Positions 57,996 through 64,000 of a stretch of 64,000 nucleotides of DNA are shown here, in pieces. Made by a program: the position numbers and the translations under genes. How positions within the stretch are numbered: the stretch's first letter is position 1; every line of letters begins with the position of its first letter. The notes under the pieces are model-generated. The model was not told where the DNA came from. It made no database searches and worked only from the letters and a program-made list of their open reading frames with translations. The stretch lies in the NCBI GenBank assembly GCA_964247055.1, contig OZ176053.1, positions 12,524,001 through 12,588,000 on the forward strand. Reading direction: 5' to 3'. This stretch comes from Paragordius varius (Eukaryota; Animalia; Nematomorpha).

Positions 57996-60900
57996 TCAGG
58001 AATCATAGTTTGACTTTGATGAACTAAAGAAAGATGGTTTGTTGAGCAAAATTTTCTTGTAAACTGCCGCGATTTCAGAGCCCGTTGGCCGTTTTTTAGG
58101 GTCCAACTCTTTGCATTGTTTGTGTATCTTTTTGTGCAGGTATTTTTTGAAAGATGGATATCTATTGCCTGGAAAATAAAATGTGCATTGAATTTTTAAA
58201 CTATATGGACAAAACTTAAAAATATAAAGACAAATATTTTTTCTAATAGACAACCATGGATTTTAAATAGTGATAAAATATAAATCATAGTTTATAATTG
58301 CAAAGTATATAATAGTAACGTATATTGGTAGCATGATCAATTATATACGATTGTAATTAAAGAAAGCTAAGGTATAAGTATGGTTGTCTTTTGAAAAAAT
58401 ATTTATCCAGATTTTTTTAAGTTTTGTACCGTATTCAATTGTAAATCACATGTTATAAACTGCCACAGCATAAAAAATGAAAAACTGGTTAAAGAGATAT
58501 ATGTACCTATTATAGCATTGCACACGTCTGGTACTTTCCAGATATCAACCTTTTCATCATACCAAAGGACAGTTTTTCCCTTTGTCTTAAAGCTAACATC
58601 TTGAGGCCACCGTTGTTCCGGAGCTGCAAAAGAGCCCGTTTTAGGCTTCTTCCCACAACGAGAAAACCTCTCATTAGCCGTATAATTTATGAAGGGTAAA
58701 CTGTCGATATCGTTAAGTATAAGGCGCAAACTATTACTCAACAAATATTGCGTAAGTAATTTGTGAAGGTTTGAACTATCACACATTATATGTACACCAT
58801 TTCCCATCTTGGTTGGATCTGAGAGGAGAGCCAGAATAGTAGCATAATCTATGCACAAGGCAAACCTTGTTTCCAGAGTATTTAAATGTGGTAATGTATT
58901 TGCTAAAACGCCTTCAAGGTTTTTGAGATCCCCTAACGAATGGTATTCAGTGATAAGGAAATTTCGACAAACTCCTATAGGGGGTGTGTAACATTTATTT
59001 ACAAATGGGCATATTTTTTGCAATAACTTTTTTAACAATGATAAATATATCATACCCACAAATTGTGTTACGTGTAAATTGGGTTGCAAAGCTTTCAATG
59101 CTTTAACGCCCTTGTTAAAGTACGATTTTAAGAAAGGAGCGTGACCACGGCTAACAACTACTTCATAATCTTTCCATTTAGCCAAATACAACTATTCACA
59201 TAAATAACAGGTATATCTTTGACTTCTATAACGCTGATTCAATTTTAAAAATTATAAGTCATTCAAAGAATTTTAATAAAATTATGCGAACCCTATTTTG
59301 TCGCCATAATGGGGGGAAACTATATATAGATTATATACCTTTTTTATATTTCCACCACCAACCTTTGGGCCAAGAATCAAATGTTCCCGAACGTCCGAAC
59401 AGGTCAGCCAGGGATGACATTCTTTCATGTTTCTCAAGATAAAATACCCTTTGGAACATCTATTTATAATGAAGGGTGATATTCACAGATTTTACATACA
59501 ATAAAAATGTATTTATTATATATAATCAGAAAAGAGGCTTTTTGAGGTTAAGATGAGAATGCTTAGATTGATGTGTGGTGTAACGAGGAAAGACAAGGTG
59601 AAAAATGTATACATAAGAGGAAAGACGGAAATCAAACCGGTAAACCAGAAGATGATGTTAAATCTAGAAAGAAGAGAAAATTACTACATTGGTAAAAATT
59701 GATTATATTGTGAAAGGTAAGAGGGGAAGAGGGCGCACTAAAACGCGATGGATAGATACAGTTAAGAGGGACATGGCAAAACTGAACCTAAAACGCGAGG
59801 ACGCCATAGACAGGGTCTATGACGTAATAGTTTACGGATATGACCGGTGGAAAGAGTGATATCATACAATGTAATTTTTATTATTTTAATATTATATTTA
59901 TATATGGCTAAATGTAAACTACATTTTAAAGAGGGGTTTTCTAACGCAAACGGGTCGGATCGCTTTTTCGATTCGAAAAAATCGGCGGGTCGCATTGAAC
60001 AAACAAACGAACATCACTAAACTTTATTATATTTCAATCATGAGACAGAAAAAATAACAACACGATAACTAAATAATTTGATATATGTTTATTCATTTGG
60101 CCAAATTTGGAAATATAAATGCAGATTAAAAAAGTTTATCTCATTAAAAAAATTTCGTTATTTTACGGTTTTCGTCTATAAATTTTTTAATGAATGTTGA
60201 TTTTTACCTTAAAAGATTAATAGTACTCTACCAAACCAATTGATAATATGTGGTATATAAAAATATTGAACGTACTCTAAATAACTATTTAACAAACCAA
60301 TAGAGTACAAAATACCTTAAAATTTTACAAAGATTATAAATCATAAAATTTATTTGGTTTTTTTTTTCAAATTTTTGCGGATCGCATAAATTTTTGGAGA
60401 GCCGCACGAGCCCCGCATTGTGTATAACCCTCTTTGAAAAGAATGTGCCTAATTATTTGTCAAAATTACTAATTACGCAATAATAAAACCAACAGTATCA
60501 AGAGAGCTATATGCATTATTGGGTTATCTAATTATTAAGTTGGGATGAAGGGAAGAAGGGGGGGGGGGGTGAAGATTTCGTACCATGACAAATTTTTTGT
60601 TTTTAACTTTAATTTTCATCACCGGGGTCGAATTACGACTTAAAACCACATTAGACTTGAAAAAATAAACATACCAACAAGAAAAAAATTTGAAAAATGG
60701 GTTAGCATTTGTTAAAAGGATTAAGTTTAAAGTTTACCTTGGATGACAAATTATAGTACCATTGTTATGTATGTAATCAGGCTCACATATTTGGTCAATA
60801 GGCATACTTTCATTGCCTGAATGCGGTTTTTTGTGATTTGATGTCAGATATTTCTTCACAGAGATGATTGGATTTGGGAGACGTGGAATAAAAATGGAAA

Positions 60901-61060
60901 ATGTTTGTAGGAGGATTAGAATAATCAGGCATAAAACTGAAAGTTTGGCACAAATATTGCAAAATTTGGAATTATTAATCGAACTGCCTTTGCTTGTTAC
61001 TACCGAGTTATCTTGTAAACGTCCATATTTGCACGATTTTATGGATCGCAAAAGATCCAT
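57996..61060 (-). CDS. POMK: Protein O-mannose kinase (SGK196), 5 exons, 406 aa
   Basis: Exons 61060-60738, 59459-59339, 59191-59056, 58974-58507 and 58168-57996 (1221 nt). Type II TM anchor, then CSKGYFILRNMKECHPWLTC, ITEYHSLGDL, IMCDSSNLHKLLTQYLL, NDIDSLP, AAPEQRWP, YDEKVDIWKVPD, matching POMK motifs CSPWLSC, TEYHPLG, VMCDSND, NDLDALP, APEQLWP, YDEKIDIWKIPD. Confidence 0.93.
59524..59880 (+). mobile_element. RTE LINE 3'-end fragment in POMK intron 1 (antisense to POMK)
   Basis: Near-identical to 2514-2885 with small deletions. It keeps the uninterrupted 3' tail GATATCATACAATGTAATT. Confidence 0.9.
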
Positions 61061-61680
61061 TATTAATAGAATACGAGATATTTACAGATCTAAGATGGCG
61101 TTGGCATTTTATTAAACATATTTTAATTTGGAATGTTAATCAATTTTCATGTATAGAGATGTGGTAAGTGTTTCATATTTTTTATTTTAATATAAAATTT
61201 ATTATTAATAAAAAAAACGGTGGTTCATATAAATAAAAATAGAACTATTATATAGGTAAACTAAATAAATACCTTTCCTTTTTATTTCTATAAGTTGAAT
61301 CTATGTTTACCTGGGAATACTTCCCTGTTTATTATAACACACATAGTACTAATCATATTTTTTATATTTCATGCATAGGGTTCGATTAGTGAAAAAAAAC
61401 ATTAAAGAATATATTAATACCATTTACAATTCAAATTCACCATCAAACAATAACAATAAAAATCTTCCTAAAAATTATGTGTTTTCGAACTAATATAACT
61501 CATCTAAATGATATATATCTTTATGGCATAGTTCATTATTTTTTCAGTATTATTTTAATTTAAAACAAAATTTTTATTTTTAATATATATTAATATATAG
61601 ATTTTTTATCTTAAAAATATATTTTCAAGGGTGAATTTAAATTGTTTAAGGGTGAATTTGAATTGTAAATGGTATATATA

Positions 61681-64000
61681 TAAGGTGACCAGACGTCCCG
61701 CTTTTTCACACTTTGTCCCGCTTCCGCTACATTTTTAAAATGTCTCGCTTTTTCACGTTTATATAAAAAAAATTTTTTTTTAATACAAATAAATTTTTTT
61801 TATCAGTTTAAGTTTTTATCATTAAATATTTTTAAATCTATATAAATTTTAAATTAAAATTTTTTATTTTTAAATTAAAAAATTTATTTTTTTCGAATTT
61901 ATATCATATGATTATGCATTCCTTCCTACTACTACTGTCATTTTTATCAAAAAGCCAAGTTAATACCACAAATCTCTAGATTAAAAGACAAATTTATACG
62001 GTACCTTACACGTTTATTCCAGAAAATTAAGCTAATATAATATTTATTATACTAATATTTTAGTTTTATTACTTGCCAACATTATTATAAAGCCAAATTA
62101 ATACCACAAATCGGTAGCTTAAAAGACAAATTGATACCAGAAATCGGTACCTTACACGTTTATTTCAGAAAATCAAGGTAATATAATATTTATTATACTA
62201 ATATTTTAGTTTTATTACTTAACATTATTAAAAATCCAAATTAATACCACAAATCGGTACCTTACACGTTTATTTCAGAAAATTAAGGTAATATAATATT
62301 TATTATACTGATAGTAGTTTATAAATATGAGCACAAAAAGAGATTGTAAATTCAACGATGAATTAATGAAAGATTTTCCTTTTATTAAAAAAACGGAGAA
62401 TGAATCATTTGTTAAATTTTCTCTATGCGAAAGGGAATTCACCCTAGCACATGGCGGCAAGCATGATAATACAAAGCATATGGAAACACAGAAACATAAA
62501 AAATGTTTAGATATGGCGGCATCATCTTACAAAATGAGCGATTTTTTTCGAAAAACCGTTTTTGGAGAGGAAGAAAAGAATTTGGCACTAGCTGAGGACG
62601 TGTTATCTTTTCACGCCGTTAATCACAATCATTCCTTTAGATCTATGGACTGTACCTCACAAGTTATTCGCACGTTATTCCATAAAAAATTTACATGTGC
62701 CCGTACAAAAGCTGAAGTCATTGTGTGCAATGTCGTTTCGCCACATGCATTTTTTAAAATACAAGATTTGTTGAAAATTAATTTCTTATCCCTATTGTCT
62801 GATGCTTCAAATCACCATGAAAAAAAATTATTTCCCATTTTGATAAGATATTTTGGAGTAAAAATTAAAATTTTAGATTTAATTTCCATACCCGCTGAAA
62901 ATTCCGAAATAATATTTACTTCAATAATGCATATTCTAGAAAAAAATAATCGCATATTGCACTGACAACACAAATACGAACTTTGGTGGAAAATCAAGGA
63001 GGGGAACAAAAAATATCATAAATTAACAGATAATCTTAATCAAAACATTGTTGGCGTTGGGTGTGCAGCGGATATAATACACAAAGCTTTTCAAACAGCT
63101 GCTGATTTGTTACCCCTAGATGTGGAAAATGTAGTTGTTAAAATATATTCCAATTTTTATATATACACGGTTCGTGTTAATACGCTTAAAAAATTCTGTG
63201 AAAATGCAGAAGTTCAATATCAAAAAATGCTTGAATATTGTAAAACTCGTTGGTTAGCTTTTATGCCAGCTATCGAAAGAATTTTAAAAATGTATGATCC
63301 TTTAAAATCTTTTTTTTATCACAGGACAAATGTCCTACAACTTTAAAAAAGTTTTTTGAAAGTGATTCTTCAAAAATATGATTAGTATTCTAAAATCAAG
63401 CTTTTCTATTTCAAAATGTTACTAAATTTATAGAAGGTAACAAAATTTCGACAATCGAAGTAGCCAATGAAGTTAGTAACCTAAAATTCCAATGTCAAGA
63501 ACGGTTAGAAAATAATTTTATACCATTAACCATCCGCAATATAATAAATAATTTAGAAAAACAAGGCTTAATAAATTGCCAAGATATCCTGTACCATATA
63601 AAAATGATAAATACAAACTGTAAAGATTATTGGAAGACTGGACGACGCAATTCAATGAAGATCATTTTCATTGGATAACATTAAAATCAGAATTTAATTG
63701 GAGCGATGTTCAAAAATCATATGATTATATCTGGTCCCGAAAATTCTCAAAAGTGTTCTTTCAGAAAATGATCTTTTTTCTGAAGTATCATCAGTTACAA
63801 GATATATTAATAATAAAAAACTTAAATTGAGGACAAAAGAAAAATATACAGTAGAAAAGAAATGGTTGGAAATATTCCATCATTTTGAAGCCAACTATAT
63901 TACACACAATAATATTTTGAAAATTGTGGAATTCGCACTATCTTTACCCGGAACCAACGCTGCTACTGAGCGCGTTTTTTCCACAGTAAATCAGGTGTGG
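61681..64000 (+). mobile_element. hAT DNA transposon with a decayed transposase; runs off the right edge
   Basis: Left terminus TAAGGTGACCAGACGTCCCG. Fragments: BED-like finger (FTLAHGGKHD..H..TQKH), SLLSDASNH, TDNTNTNFGG, CKTRWLAFMPAIER, and dimerisation motif LSLPGTNAATERVFS. Several frameshifts and stops. Confidence 0.92.
61950..62320 (+). repeat. Subterminal tandem repeat of the hAT (~3 units of up to ~145 bp)
   Basis: Repeated TAATACCACAAATC..GGTACCTTACACGTTTATT(T/C)CAGAAAAT..TAATATAATATTTATTATACT. Confidence 0.85.

Noticed and set aside
59925-60440. MITE with AAAGAGGG(G)TT termini in POMK intron 1
   Set aside because: A short imperfect inverted match with no TSD identified and no second copy in the window.

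Overview
AT-rich genomic DNA from an invertebrate animal; the species cannot be identified from the sequence. All gene models were built by hand from translation and GT-AG boundaries. Host genes: NOC2L (minus, runs off the left edge), enolase, a divergent TGF-beta family ligand, a transmembrane semaphorin (Sema-1a/Sema6 type), a single-IGFBP-domain secreted protein, and POMK. Mobile DNA is dense: RTE LINE fragments, two decayed Ty3/gypsy copies, several TA-flanked foldback elements, non-autonomous hATs plus a decayed hAT transposase, Helitron-like elements, and an intact Tc1/IS630-type element inside the last enolase intron. The main observations are four. (1) There is a class of 23-25 nt GT-AG introns, seven of them well supported, alongside ordinary longer introns. 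(2) Four of these interrupt the intact transposase, which has an unusual DD30E spacing and an acidic N-terminal extension. (3) An 8.6-kb block between the two gypsy copies is circularly permuted, with swapped target-site duplications and swapped LTR pairs, as expected from integration of a circular DNA. (4) The TGF-beta ligand lacks the dimerisation cysteine.
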